Origin: an uncultured Verrucomicrobiae bacterium
Lineage (GTDB): Bacteria > Verrucomicrobiota > Verrucomicrobiia > Chthoniobacterales > UBA10450
Length of the DNA stretch: 64,000 nt
Direction of reading: 5' to 3'
Assembly (NCBI GenBank): GCA_963815455.1
Contig: CAWFGO010000003.1
Location: forward strand, 608,001-672,000
Shown: piece after piece, positions 52,838-63,049 of the stretch
Layout: every line of letters starts with the position of its first letter
How positions within the stretch are numbered: the stretch's first letter is position 1
Position numbers and translations under genes: made by a program
The notes under the pieces: generated by a model
The model's input: only the letters and a program-made list of their open reading frames with translations
What the model was told of the DNA's origin: nothing
Databases searched by the model: none

Positions 52838-53374
52838 TCAATTCGGCCCCCAGGCCGCAAGTGTGCGTTTCAATTTTTCGCGACCGCGCAGCACATTCGT
52901 TTTCACCGTGCCGAGGGGAATATCCAGGACCCGCGCGGCTTCGTCGTGCGACAGCCCGTTCTGACAGCAAAGCACAACCGCCGTGCGTTCGTTTAACGGG
53001 AGTAAGCTCAGTGCATGCATCAGATCGTGTTTCAAACCAAGATCGACAGTCTTCGGGTCGTGCTCGGCTTCCAGTCGCGCCTCGTCGATCCCAACCAGTT
53101 CCTTGCGGCGGCGAGCATCTTCTCGAAAACAATTGTAAGCGATTCGATAAAGCCAGGTCGAGAAACGGGCTTCACCGCGAAAACTGCGAATGTGTTTGTA
53201 AGCGCGCAGAAAAGTTTCCTGGGCGAGATCGTCGGCCAGGGCGAGATCGGTGCGGGTGAGTTGGCGAAGCAAACCGCGCACGGTGGATTGATGCCGACGA
53301 ACCAGCTCGCCAAAAGCGTGCTGGTCGTCATCGACAAGAATTCTGGCAACGAGGTCCGCATCAGTCAGCTCCAC
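52838..53374 (-). CDS. ECF sigma factor
   Basis: ADDLAQETF, FSTWLYRIAYN, LGTVKT...RGR. Confidence 0.95.
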   Translation of the reverse strand: MELTDADLVARILVDDDQHAFGELVRRHQSTVRGLLRQLTRTDLALADDLAQETFLRAYKHIRSFRGEARFSTWLYRIAYNCFREDARRRKELVGIDEARLEAEHDPKTVDLGLKHDLMHALSLLPLNERTAVVLCCQNGLSHDEAARVLDIPLGTVKTNVLRGREKLKRTLAAWGPN

Positions 53375-53383
53375 ATACGCAGC

Positions 53384-54045
53384 TTACGATGCCGGCGGCG
53401 TCGGGGGAATTTCCTTCTTGGCATCGAGTTTCCATACCAGCAAATAACCGGCCCCAATCAGGAACGGGATAATACCGAGCGCCCAGACCCCGCCTTCCCA
53501 ATCGTTGACCGCGCCGAAAAACACCATCAGACCCAGCCCGACCATCGACCAGATCACACCGCGGCGCATATCGGAACGCTGACGCACAGCCGGCGGAGGC
53601 GCGAGCCAGCAACGCTGCCGGTACTTCCTGGCCTTTCTCGACCATCATTCGAACGGTCTTATGCAAGCGAGCGCGTCCGCGACATGCTGAAGTAGAGGAT
53701 CACGGCAACGATCAGAACCGGCGCACCGAAGATCGACATGAACACGATCGCGACGATCGGAATCGCCAAGCCCGGAATGTCGTTATCTCCGTGGTCACCG
53801 CTGTGGTTCGGCCTGTCTTCGTCTCCCATTGTGAAATGGAAATGTCTTTTGGTTTTGTTTTTGATCGATTTCTCGAGGTCGCTCTCGGCCGGACTCGGCG
53901 AAACGGAGCTGGCCGGCGAGACCGAAGCAGCCGGGCTCGCCAGGGCGGCTTGAGCCGCGGCCGCCGAGGGCGACTGGCCAACGACCTTCCAGGCCAGGAC
54001 GGTCAAACAAACACAGATAAGTAAGAGGGTTTTAATAGCATTCAT
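53384..54045 (-). CDS. DUF6249-like membrane protein in the ECF operon (frameshifted)
   Basis: Signal peptide; HKTVRMMVEKGQEVP; SDMRRGVIW; GIIPFLIG across frames. Confidence 0.7.
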
Positions 54046-54165
54046 TTGATAGTGAGATGGGCCGAGGCGGCCATTTGGATTCAAGATTCTGCGACCGCTG
54101 TAGCCTCCGTCCTGCGGGCCGCGCGCGCACGTCCCAAGCCGACGTGGCAACAGAAGAGAAAAATG

Positions 54166-54237
<72 letters not shown>

Positions 54238-54325
54238 AGATTTGAAGGGAAGAAATAATGTCTCGCGACGGGGCGAACGCAACCATTAATTAGGGAGGGC
54301 GCCGCCACCGCGGAAGCTCTACAAA

Positions 54326-55129
54326 ATGTATCTGTGGCGAAGACAAGCGAACCCAGGCTGGTGGCTTGAAAACGAAGTGGTGTTGCGCGGCCGCGCGGGC
54401 GATCGACTGGCGATCATCGAAAGACCAAATCGCAAACGCTTGCAAATCGAAGTCGCCTGCCAGTCGCGACGTGATGCAGCGAAGCTCGTAAAAGAGTTCG
54501 GCGGGCACGTGCAAAAACTCGGCCGCGATTGGCTAGAGCGATTCGCTCGCGAACAGAAAAGCGAGCCGCTAAAGATCGGGAAGCGGCTCATCATCAATGT
54601 GGGAGGGCCCTCAGTGTCCCGAAGGTCGCTAATTGTTCCCCACGGCGCGGCGTTCGGCACGGGCGATCACGCGACGACCGCGATGTCCTTGCGCTTGCTG
54701 GAACAATTGACTCGTAAATGGGCCCCGGGCTGGACTCTTGTCGATCTTGGAACGGGTTCCGGCATTCTCGCGCTCGCGGCCCGACGCTTCGGGGCTCGGC
54801 GAGTACTGGCAATCGATAATGATGCCACTGCCATTTCCACCGCAAAAGCGAACGCGCGTCTAAATAAGATCGACAATATCGCGTTCCGCATTGGCGATGT
54901 GCGCCGGTCGAAATTTCCTCACAGGATCGACATCGTGACGGCGAATTTGTTTAGCGAATTGCTAATCGAGGTTGTGCCGAGGTTGAAAACAAGCCGTTGG
55001 CTGATTCTCTCCGGCATTTTGCGAACGCAGGAACGCCAATTCACCCGGGCACTGCGACGCAACAAGATCGACATCGTAGAAGTGCGCCGCCGCGGAAAAT
55101 GGATCGCGCTTCTGGCCAAAATTATTTGA
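54326..55129 (+). CDS. prmA: Ribosomal protein L11 methyltransferase-like
   Basis: AFGTGDHATT, DLGTGSGILA, TANL, LILSGIL. Confidence 0.85.
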   Translation: MYLWRRQANPGWWLENEVVLRGRAGDRLAIIERPNRKRLQIEVACQSRRDAAKLVKEFGGHVQKLGRDWLERFAREQKSEPLKIGKRLIINVGGPSVSRRSLIVPHGAAFGTGDHATTAMSLRLLEQLTRKWAPGWTLVDLGTGSGILALAARRFGARRVLAIDNDATAISTAKANARLNKIDNIAFRIGDVRRSKFPHRIDIVTANLFSELLIEVVPRLKTSRWLILSGILRTQERQFTRALRRNKIDIVEVRRRGKWIALLAKII

Positions 55130-55220
55130 CGGCCTGAGCCCCTCCCGGCTACGTTCCTCCAGCCTTGGCGGCTTTGGTTTCTCTGCATTGACGCGGTTAA
55201 TCACGAGCCGCGGTGTAACC

Positions 55221-56297
55221 ATGCAGACAGAAGAACTTTCCTACGCCATCGTGACGCCCTATTCGATGCGCAAATCGCGCACCGGCGGAATCGTCTCGCG
55301 TTTGATTTCGCGCACCGGGCTCGATCTGGTGGCCGCGCGGATGTTCGCCCCGAGCGCCGAGTTAACCAAGCGCTACGCCGAAACGATCGTGACGGAGACA
55401 GATTCGCGGCATCGCGCCACCCAGGAATTGATCCGGGATTACGTGCTCAAGAATTTTACCGGCCAGAAGAACGGTCAGCAGCCCCGCGCACTTTTTTTGG
55501 TTCTTCGCGGTCCCGACGCGGTCGAGAAGACTCATCATACCGTCGGTCACATCGTGCACGAGCGCACCAGCGGCGAGACAATTCGGGATACTTTCGGTGA
55601 TTACATCACTGACGATTCCGGAAAAGCGACCTACTTCGAGCCCGGCGTTCTGGCCGCCTTCGAAGCCAAGGCAATCGAACGCGACTTGAAACTTTGGGCG
55701 GAATTCTCCGATTCCGACGGAGGCGTGCTCGACCAGGCGGTCCATTTTCCGAGCGATGCCAAGATCGAGAAAACGCTGGTGTTAATTAAGCCGGACAATT
55801 TCAAATTCCCGAACCTGCGGCCAGGCGGCGTGATCGAAGTCTTTTCGCGCACCGGCCTCTACATCGTCGGATTCAAGGTCCACCAAATGAGCGTGGCCCA
55901 GGCCGAGGAATTCTACGGGCCGGTCCTGCCGGTTTTGGAAAATAAACTGGGAGCAAAAAGCGGACGCGAAAATTGGGAAAGCATCGTCGAATTCATGTCG
56001 GGCATGAAACCGAGTGAGTGTCCGCCGGAAAAACGAGAAAATCCTGGCACGGAAAAATGCATCGCCATTGTTTATCAGGGCGTGGACGCGGTGCGCAAAG
56101 TTCGCGACGTTCTCGGGCCGACCGATCCGGCCAAGGCGCCGCCCGGTTCGATTCGAAAAGAATTTGGGCAAACCATCATGATCAACGCCGCGCATGCCTC
56201 CGATTCGGTTGAAAATGCCAAGCGCGAGATGGGGATCGTGAAAGTAAACGAGAACAACTTTAAACCTTTCATTGAAAACTTCTATCGTCGCCCCTAG
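55221..56297 (+). CDS. ndk: Nucleoside-diphosphate kinase, two-domain form
   Basis: TLVLIKPD, GPTDP.KAPPGSIR..FG, NAAHASDS. Confidence 0.88.
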   Translation: MQTEELSYAIVTPYSMRKSRTGGIVSRLISRTGLDLVAARMFAPSAELTKRYAETIVTETDSRHRATQELIRDYVLKNFTGQKNGQQPRALFLVLRGPDAVEKTHHTVGHIVHERTSGETIRDTFGDYITDDSGKATYFEPGVLAAFEAKAIERDLKLWAEFSDSDGGVLDQAVHFPSDAKIEKTLVLIKPDNFKFPNLRPGGVIEVFSRTGLYIVGFKVHQMSVAQAEEFYGPVLPVLENKLGAKSGRENWESIVEFMSGMKPSECPPEKRENPGTEKCIAIVYQGVDAVRKVRDVLGPTDPAKAPPGSIRKEFGQTIMINAAHASDSVENAKREMGIVKVNENNFKPFIENFYRRP

Positions 56298-56341
56298 TGT
56301 GCGCTCCTTAAATTTTGCAACTAACAACTGACCACATCGAC

Positions 56342-57505
56342 ATGGAAATCTCCGCCAACGCCGCCCAACTGACCCCTTCGCTCACTCTCTCGATCGATAG
56401 CAAAGCCAAAGCCATGAAAGCCGAGGGCCTCGACGTCTGCGGTTTCGGCGCGGGCGAACCCGACTTCGACACGCCCGAGCACATCAAAGCGGCGGCCATC
56501 GCCGCGTTGCAGGCTGGATTCACCAAATACACGCCAAGCGCCGGGATTCCGGAGTTGCGGCAGGCCATCGCGGAAAAACTGGCAGCCGATAACGGGCTAA
56601 GTTATCGCGCCACCCAGATCGTGGTAAGCAACGGCGCCAAGCATTCGTGCTTCAACGCGATCCTGGCGACCTGTCAGGCGGGCGACGAGGTCGTGATTCC
56701 CGCGCCCTACTGGGTCAGCTATCCCGACATGGTGCGGCTGGCCGGCGCCGAGCCGGTGTTTGTGCCCACGAGCGAGCGCAATTCCTGGAAGATGAGCGCG
56801 GAAGATTTTGAAAACGCCATGACCCCGCGCACGAAAATGCTGATCCTGAATAGCCCGTCGAATCCAACCGGCTCGGTCTACACGGCTGAGGAATTGCAGG
56901 CGATTGTCGATGTCGCGGCCGAGGAAGACATTTACATTTTGTCGGACGAAATTTACGAGAAACTCATTTACGACGACGCGAAACACGTCAGTGTCGCGTC
57001 GCTTTCGAAAGAAGCCTACGACCTCACCATCACGGTCAACGGTTTCAGCAAATCCTACGCGATGACCGGCTGGCGCATGGGCTATTCGGCTGCGCCTGAT
57101 GCGGTGGCCAAGGCGATCGATTCCATCCAAAGCCACAGCACTTCGAATCCGTCGTCGTTCTCGCAGTATGGTGCGCTGGCCGCTTTGAAGGGCGACCAAC
57201 AGCCGCTGGCCGATATGCGCGAAGAATTTGATCTGCGTCGCAATTACATGTTCGATCGGATTTCCAAGATACCGAACGTGACCGCGGTCAAACCGCTGGG
57301 CGCGTTTTACGTGTTGGTGAATATCAGCCAGCTCGGATTGACCTCGCAGAATTTTGCCGATCGCTTGCTCAGCAAAGCGAACGTGGCCGTGGTACCCGGC
57401 GCCGCTTTTGGCGACGACCGCACCGTCCGGCTCAGTTACGCCACCAGCATCGACGTCATCAAGAAGGGTCTCGACCGGTTCCAGGATTTTTGCCGGACGC
57501 TGTAA
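56342..57505 (+). CDS. aspC: PLP-dependent class I (aspartate) aminotransferase
   Basis: GEPDF, NSPSNPTG, SDEIY, SKSYAMTGWRMGY. Confidence 0.9.
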   Translation: MEISANAAQLTPSLTLSIDSKAKAMKAEGLDVCGFGAGEPDFDTPEHIKAAAIAALQAGFTKYTPSAGIPELRQAIAEKLAADNGLSYRATQIVVSNGAKHSCFNAILATCQAGDEVVIPAPYWVSYPDMVRLAGAEPVFVPTSERNSWKMSAEDFENAMTPRTKMLILNSPSNPTGSVYTAEELQAIVDVAAEEDIYILSDEIYEKLIYDDAKHVSVASLSKEAYDLTITVNGFSKSYAMTGWRMGYSAAPDAVAKAIDSIQSHSTSNPSSFSQYGALAALKGDQQPLADMREEFDLRRNYMFDRISKIPNVTAVKPLGAFYVLVNISQLGLTSQNFADRLLSKANVAVVPGAAFGDDRTVRLSYATSIDVIKKGLDRFQDFCRTL

Positions 57506-57552
57506 GCCGTTGCAGTTCTTTAGCCCATCAGTGGAGCTGGCGACTTCTTGAT

Positions 57553-57692
57553 TTGTCATCCCGAGTCGCGCAGACGACGAGGGACCTCACATCGTCACTC
57601 AACGCGCCCGCTTAACACGAAGGCATGATCGCGTCGCCGATCGCGAGCGTTACTGCTATTCGCGAGGTCCTTCGCTTTGCTCAGGATGACAA
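57553..57692. repeat. TGTCAT...ATGACA palindromic element
   Basis: ttgtcatcccgag...gggacctc / gaggtccttcgctttgctcaggatgacaa. Confidence 0.8.
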
Positions 57693-57780
57693 GCACGTTT
57701 CTTTGCTTCCCGCCTTGCGTATCAACTCGAGTCTTGAGAGGTTCCTCGCGTCGCTCGATATGGCGGGCTAGATGTTTCGA

Positions 57781-59464
57781 ATGCCTTCCGCTTCCCTCGC
57801 GCTCATTCTCCACGCGCATCTGCCGTTCGTTCGGCATCCCGACCACGAGCATTTTCTCGAGGAGGACTGGCTCTTCGAGGCGATCACCGAAACTTACATT
57901 CCACTCCTGCAGATGATGCAGCGGCTGGTGAACGACGGCGTGCGGTTCAAGCTGACGATGTCGATCACACCAACTCTCGCCGCCATGTTGCAGGACGAAC
58001 TCTTGCGCGAGCGTTACGTCCAGCATGTCGATCTTCTGATCGATCTGGCGAAGCGCGAACGAAAACGCAATCGCAATCACCCGAAGCTGCGCGGACTAGC
58101 CAGCTTCTATCTCGATTTTTTTACGACGAGCCGGCGATTCTTTGTCGATGATTGGAAACGCGACTTGATCGCCGCGTTTCGCGAACTGCGAAAATCCGGC
58201 GCGCTCGAAATCATCGGCTCCGCCGCGACGCACGGATTGCTTCCCCTGCTCCAGCAAACAGCTGTAGCCGAGGGCGCCGACCTCGGCCCGCGCGGGACAA
58301 TCACCGGGCCGCGGTCAGCGCCCGCGGCTACAGCTGGAGCCGTCCGCGCCCAGGTGCTGATCGGGCGCGATGTCTATGTCGATCTTTTCGGGACCGCGCC
58401 CACCGGTTTCTGGTTGCCCGAATGCGCTTACGCTCCTGGGCTGGAATCGATTCTGCAGGAAGCGAACATTCGCTGGTTCGTTCTCGATTCTCACGGTCTG
58501 CTCTTCGGAAACCCGCGCCCGCGTCGGGCAATTTTTTCGCCATGCTACACGCCGGCTGGCCCGGCCGCTTTCGCGCGCGACCGCGATTCGAGTCAGCAGG
58601 TCTGGAGCGCGCGCGGCGGTTACCCGGGCGATCCGGCCTATCGGGAATTTTACCGAGATGTCGGGTTCGATCTTCCTATGGAACACCTGGGACCAATTAG
58701 CCGCGGGAAAAGAAAATTTTCGGGGATGAAATATCATCGCATCACCGGACAGGGTGACGAGAAGGAGCTATACGATCCCGCTGCCGCCGAAAAAGTCGCG
58801 GAGGTCCAAGCCACTCATTTTCTCGAGCAACGGAAGCGGCAAATCCGAGAAGTGAGCGCTTTGGGATTCGATCCAATCGTAACGATCCCCTTCGACGCGG
58901 AATTGTTCGGGCATTGGTGGTTTGAAGGGCCGCGGTTCCTGGAGCAGTTCATTCGCAAAACAGCCAATCAACGAGATCTTTGCCTGACAACTCCGAGCGA
59001 ATACCTGAAGGAGCATCCCACCCAGCAAACGATCCAGCCCGCAGCATCGACATGGGGCGAGAACGGTCACCTAGAAGTCTGGCTTAATCCGAGCAACGCC
59101 TGGGTTTATCCGCATCTGCATAATGCCGCTCGACGCATGAGCGAAATAGCGCACAAAAATGTCGAAAGTGGCATGCGCTTCCAGCGCATGTCTCATCGGC
59201 AGGCTGCCGATGCCGCGGTCACAGATCGAGTTCTAAAACAACTCGCCCGCGAACTTCTTCTCGCGCAATCGAGCGATTGGGCATTCCTGATGAAAACCGG
59301 GACGGCCCGCGAATACGCCACCAAACGCACCCTGGATCATCTTGCCCGGTTCAACCGGTTACACGATCAGTTGGCTCGCGAACAATGTCGATGAAGAATT
59401 CCTGAGCGATTGCGAATGGCGAGAAAGTCTTTTTCCAAACGTGAACTGGCGGTATTACATTTGA
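57781..59464 (+). CDS. GH57 1,4-alpha-glucan branching enzyme (DUF1957); 3' frameshift
   Basis: HAHLPFV, EAITETYIP, WLPEC, DAELFGHWWFEG, AQSSDWAF. Confidence 0.93.
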
Positions 59465-59504
59465 GACCACACATCGCGATCATGCTTCGTGCCACTTAAT
59501 CGGC

Positions 59505-59903
59505 TTGCTTTGGTTGTCGGCACTTACTGGATGCATGAATTGCAGACAAACAATGATGGAGCCGATCATTACGTCAAAATCTGGCCAGCATATATGTGCG
59601 AGGCACCATATTCCCCTGGTCACTGTGCCCGGCTACGCGGTTCGTGGATGGAATGATCCGATTCATCGGGTCGCGAGTTTCTCTAGTATTGGGCAGATGG
59701 CTGTAGTGGAGGCGTGCAATCCGAATTCCGTTTTTCCAGAGCAATCTTTACATCGCAGCAAGGGATACCCAGAGCGTGCGATGGTTACTTACTGCCCAAA
59801 ATGCGAAGCGGCCGTGCAGATAGCGGCGGCGCAGCCGAATCCAAACCGAATGCCGAGTATTTGGACACAGATTCGAACCGGCATCTTCATAACCGGGCGT
59901 TAA
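59505..59903 (+). CDS. Hypothetical protein with CxxH/CPxC motifs
   Basis: CARHH...CPKC; looks less GC-rich than neighbours; start uncertain. Confidence 0.45.
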   Translation: MLWLSALTGCMNCRQTMMEPIITSKSGQHICARHHIPLVTVPGYAVRGWNDPIHRVASFSSIGQMAVVEACNPNSVFPEQSLHRSKGYPERAMVTYCPKCEAAVQIAAAQPNPNRMPSIWTQIRTGIFITGR

Positions 59904-59940
59904 TCGGCCCGCACCAGCAGCCCCACCATGCCTAAGCCAC

Positions 59941-60058
59941 TTGTCATTCCGAGCGAAGTCGAGGAATCTCTCACTGTTCTTTTTGACCAATAATAGAGAT
60001 GTCTCCCGACCTTCGCATAAAGCTACGGCGCGGCGCGCGACTCCGCTCGACATGACAA
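59941..60058. repeat. TGTCAT...ATGACA element with a nested ~32-bp element
   Basis: ttgtcattccgagcgaagtcgaggaatctct...agagatgtct[cccgaccttcgcataaagctacggcgcggcgcg]cgactccgctcgacatgacaa. Confidence 0.85.
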
Positions 60059-60844
60059 AGAAAGGTAACTTCGCAGATCCTAATCGTCTTCGCCGCGCTC
60101 TGTAGCGGAGCGATCGCACAAGAGTCGCCGACACCGACTCCTTCGCCCACGTCCGAGGAATCTCCATCCCTTTCCCCAATTTCCCATCGACCCCCGAGGA
60201 GTCCCCCTCATCTTCTCCAAGCGTTTCACCGACCGCGGAGGAATCTCCTTCCCCTAGCGCTAGCCCCGAGCTCACGCGAAATGTTCGTATCCGTTTCGTC
60301 CCGCCGCCGATGGAAGGCACGATCAGCCTCGGGCATCTTCGATGAAAACGGAAACCTTGTGCGGGTCCTGCATCGCGAAGCGAAGATCGACAATTTCACT
60401 GTCGATGCCGATTCGTTAAGCACGACTTGGGACGGAAAAAACTATGCCGGCCAGGATGCGCCACCAGGAAGATATCGCGGCCGCGGGTATGCTGTCGGCG
60501 AGCTTAAAGTTGAAGATTTGGGAAAAGCGAAAAAGCCACCGCCAACCGACGGCGCAGATCGAATTTCGGTAACCCTGGTCGTAAATCCGTTGCTGAGCGA
60601 CACCCGTTCGGTTGTCGATCTTGGGGTCGGCTTCGATGACAAGGGGAGCTTTATAAGAACAATGGACGGATTGCCGCTATTCACGGTGAGCAAGACTCCG
60701 AATCTGGTTCGTGCATCAATCACAAAGAGTGGGAAAAAATCGGCCGATGTCTGGCAGGACGACGGCGCGGTGGTGGAACAATTCCGCGTTTCAAACATCG
60801 ACCAGATGATGGCGTTCGATTGCGGCTTTTTTGAGTTGAAATAA
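60052..60844 (+). CDS. Secreted protein with a Ser/Pro linker and FlgD-Ig-like domain (frameshifted)
   Basis: ILIVFAALCSGAIAQ signal; GIFDENGNLVRVL...TWDGKN.AG...PPG.Y. Confidence 0.65.
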
Positions 60845-60931
60845 ACCTGTAGCGGCGGTCTCCGACCGTCGAATCCCTACAACCGCGCTTGACACAAGCG
60901 CTTCTACGACGCAAGCGAGATTGCTAACAAC

Positions 60932-62254
60932 ATGGCCGCCATCCCCGAATTTCAACATACCGTCGGCAAAACCGCCGGCTTTAGCGGGACCTCGCTGCAC
61001 ACCGGCGAAAAAGTTTCGCTGAAACTTCATCCGGCGCCCGCCGGACACGGGATCAAGTTTAAACGCAAAGATTTGCAGGACGAGCCGACCATCGATGCGA
61101 AGATCGAGAACCTCAAAACGGTCGAGCGCTCCACAACGATTGGTGAAGGCTCGGTGCGGGTCCATACCGTCGAGCATGTGCTCTCCGCGCTTTCGGCGAT
61201 GGGCGTGGACAATGCCATCGTGGAGATGGACGCAAACGAACCGCCCATCGGTGACGGCAGCGCCCAACCTTATGTCGATGTAATCAAGCGCGCCGGCCTG
61301 ACCGCGCAGGAAGCGTCCCGCAAATTTTTCGATGTCCGCGAGCCGATGCACGTCGAATCGAAGGGCGGTTCGATGCTCATCCTGCTGCCCGACGACAAAT
61401 TCCGCATCTCGTGCACTCAGGCCGGACCGAACAATCGGTTCACGCAGTATTTATCTGCTGAAATTACCCCGGCGATTTTCGAGCGAGAGATCGCGCCGGC
61501 CCGTACGTTTGTTTATTACGAAGACGTCGAGCCGTTGATGCAGAAAAACTTGATCAAAGGCGGCAGCCTCGAAAATGCCATCGTGGTTCGCGGTGAAGCG
61601 GTCTTGGGCAAGGAGCCATTGCGGTTCCCGGATGAATTCGTGCGGCACAAGATTCTCGACATCATCGGCGATCTGGCGCTTTTCGGGCAACGTATTCGCG
61701 GTCACGTCATCGCGGTCAAACCCGGTCATGGCGTAAATGCAGAGCTAACCCGGGCACTTGCCCGTGAACATGCCCGAGTCAGCGCCCTGGCCGTGCCGCG
61801 GAGCTTTCCGCCGGGCGAAGGCGGTTTCGATATTAACGAGGTGATGAATATTCTGCCTCATCGTTATCCGTTCCTAATGATCGATCGCGTCATTGGTTTT
61901 GAAGGCGATACCAAAATCACTGCCGTGAAATCGGTCTCGATCAACGAACCGTATTTCCAGGGACATTTCCCGGGCCACCCGGTGATGCCGGGAGTTCTGC
62001 AGGTCGAAGCGATGGCGCAAGGGGCCAGCATTTTATTAATGCGTCTGGCCAGGAGTGCGAGCCGGGTCGGCTACTTCATGAGCGCCGATTCGGTCAAATT
62101 TCGCAAACCGGTTTTCCCCGGCGACACCATCTTTATCCACGCCGAGATCACCAAGACGCGCGGCGCGAAGCTCGCAAAAGCGAAATGCCATTGCGTGGTC
62201 AATGACGCCGTCGTGTCCGAAGGCGAACTGATGTTCACGTTCCTCGATCAATGA
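60932..62254 (+). CDS. lpxC/fabZ: Bifunctional LpxC/FabZ
   Basis: TVEHVLSA, EPPIGDGS, RHKILDIIGD; LPHRYPFL, GHFPGHPVMPGV. Confidence 0.97.
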   Translation: MAAIPEFQHTVGKTAGFSGTSLHTGEKVSLKLHPAPAGHGIKFKRKDLQDEPTIDAKIENLKTVERSTTIGEGSVRVHTVEHVLSALSAMGVDNAIVEMDANEPPIGDGSAQPYVDVIKRAGLTAQEASRKFFDVREPMHVESKGGSMLILLPDDKFRISCTQAGPNNRFTQYLSAEITPAIFEREIAPARTFVYYEDVEPLMQKNLIKGGSLENAIVVRGEAVLGKEPLRFPDEFVRHKILDIIGDLALFGQRIRGHVIAVKPGHGVNAELTRALAREHARVSALAVPRSFPPGEGGFDINEVMNILPHRYPFLMIDRVIGFEGDTKITAVKSVSINEPYFQGHFPGHPVMPGVLQVEAMAQGASILLMRLARSASRVGYFMSADSVKFRKPVFPGDTIFIHAEITKTRGAKLAKAKCHCVVNDAVVSEGELMFTFLDQ

Positions 62255-63031
62255 GCGACGTGCAGATTCATCCAACCGCGATTGTCGATCCTAAAGCGGA
62301 AATCGGAGCGGGCACAACCATCGGGCCATACTGCGTGGTCGGTGCGAACGTCGTGCTCGGCGCGGATTGCTGGCTGCAACATCACGTGACACTTTCGGGA
62401 CCGATGCATGCGGGCAGTGGAAATAAATTTTATGCCTATTGCTCGATCGGTCAGCAAACGCAGGATTTGAAATATCAAGGCGAGCCGACTTACCTCGAGA
62501 TGGGCGACGACAACACGTTTCGCGAATTCGTTACCGTGAATCGCAGCACGACCAGTGAGGGAAAGACGCGTATGGGCAGTCGCGGGAATTTTCTGGCTTA
62601 CAGCCACATCGGGCACGATTGCACCGTGGGCGACGACGTCGTTTTTTCTAATAACGGCACACTGGCCGGGCATGTGCAGGTGGGCGATTGCGCGGTGATG
62701 GGCGGACTCACCGCGGTGCATCAGTTTTGCCGGATCGGGCGGTTCGCGATCACCGGCGGTTGCTCCAAAATTGTGCAGGATGTTCCCCCGTTCATGATCG
62801 CCGACGGCAATCCCGGCGGAAATTCGAGGAGTCAATCTGATCGGGCTCGAACGGAAGAAGTTTCCGCCGGAAAGCGTGAAACTGATCAAGGAAGCGTTTC
62901 GGTTGATTTATCGTTCAAAGCTGAACACGGCCCAGGCGATCGATGCGATTCGCCGGGAATTGCCGGAGAAGAAAGAAATCGCTGAGATCATCGAGTTCAT
63001 TGAGAAGACCGAGCGCGGAATCATTCGATAA
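62251..63031 (+). CDS. lpxA: Acyl-ACP--UDP-GlcNAc O-acyltransferase (frameshift near 62818)
   Basis: IHPTAIVDP, QDLKY, FREFVTVNR, SHIGHDC, VHQF; ATGA overlap with fabZ. Confidence 0.95.
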
Positions 63032-63049
63032 GATTCCGTTTCGAACTTC

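Noticed and set aside
59465..59940. Isolated integron cassette around the CxxH/CPxC ORF
   Set aside because: No RYYYAAC...GTTRRRY palindrome flanks it
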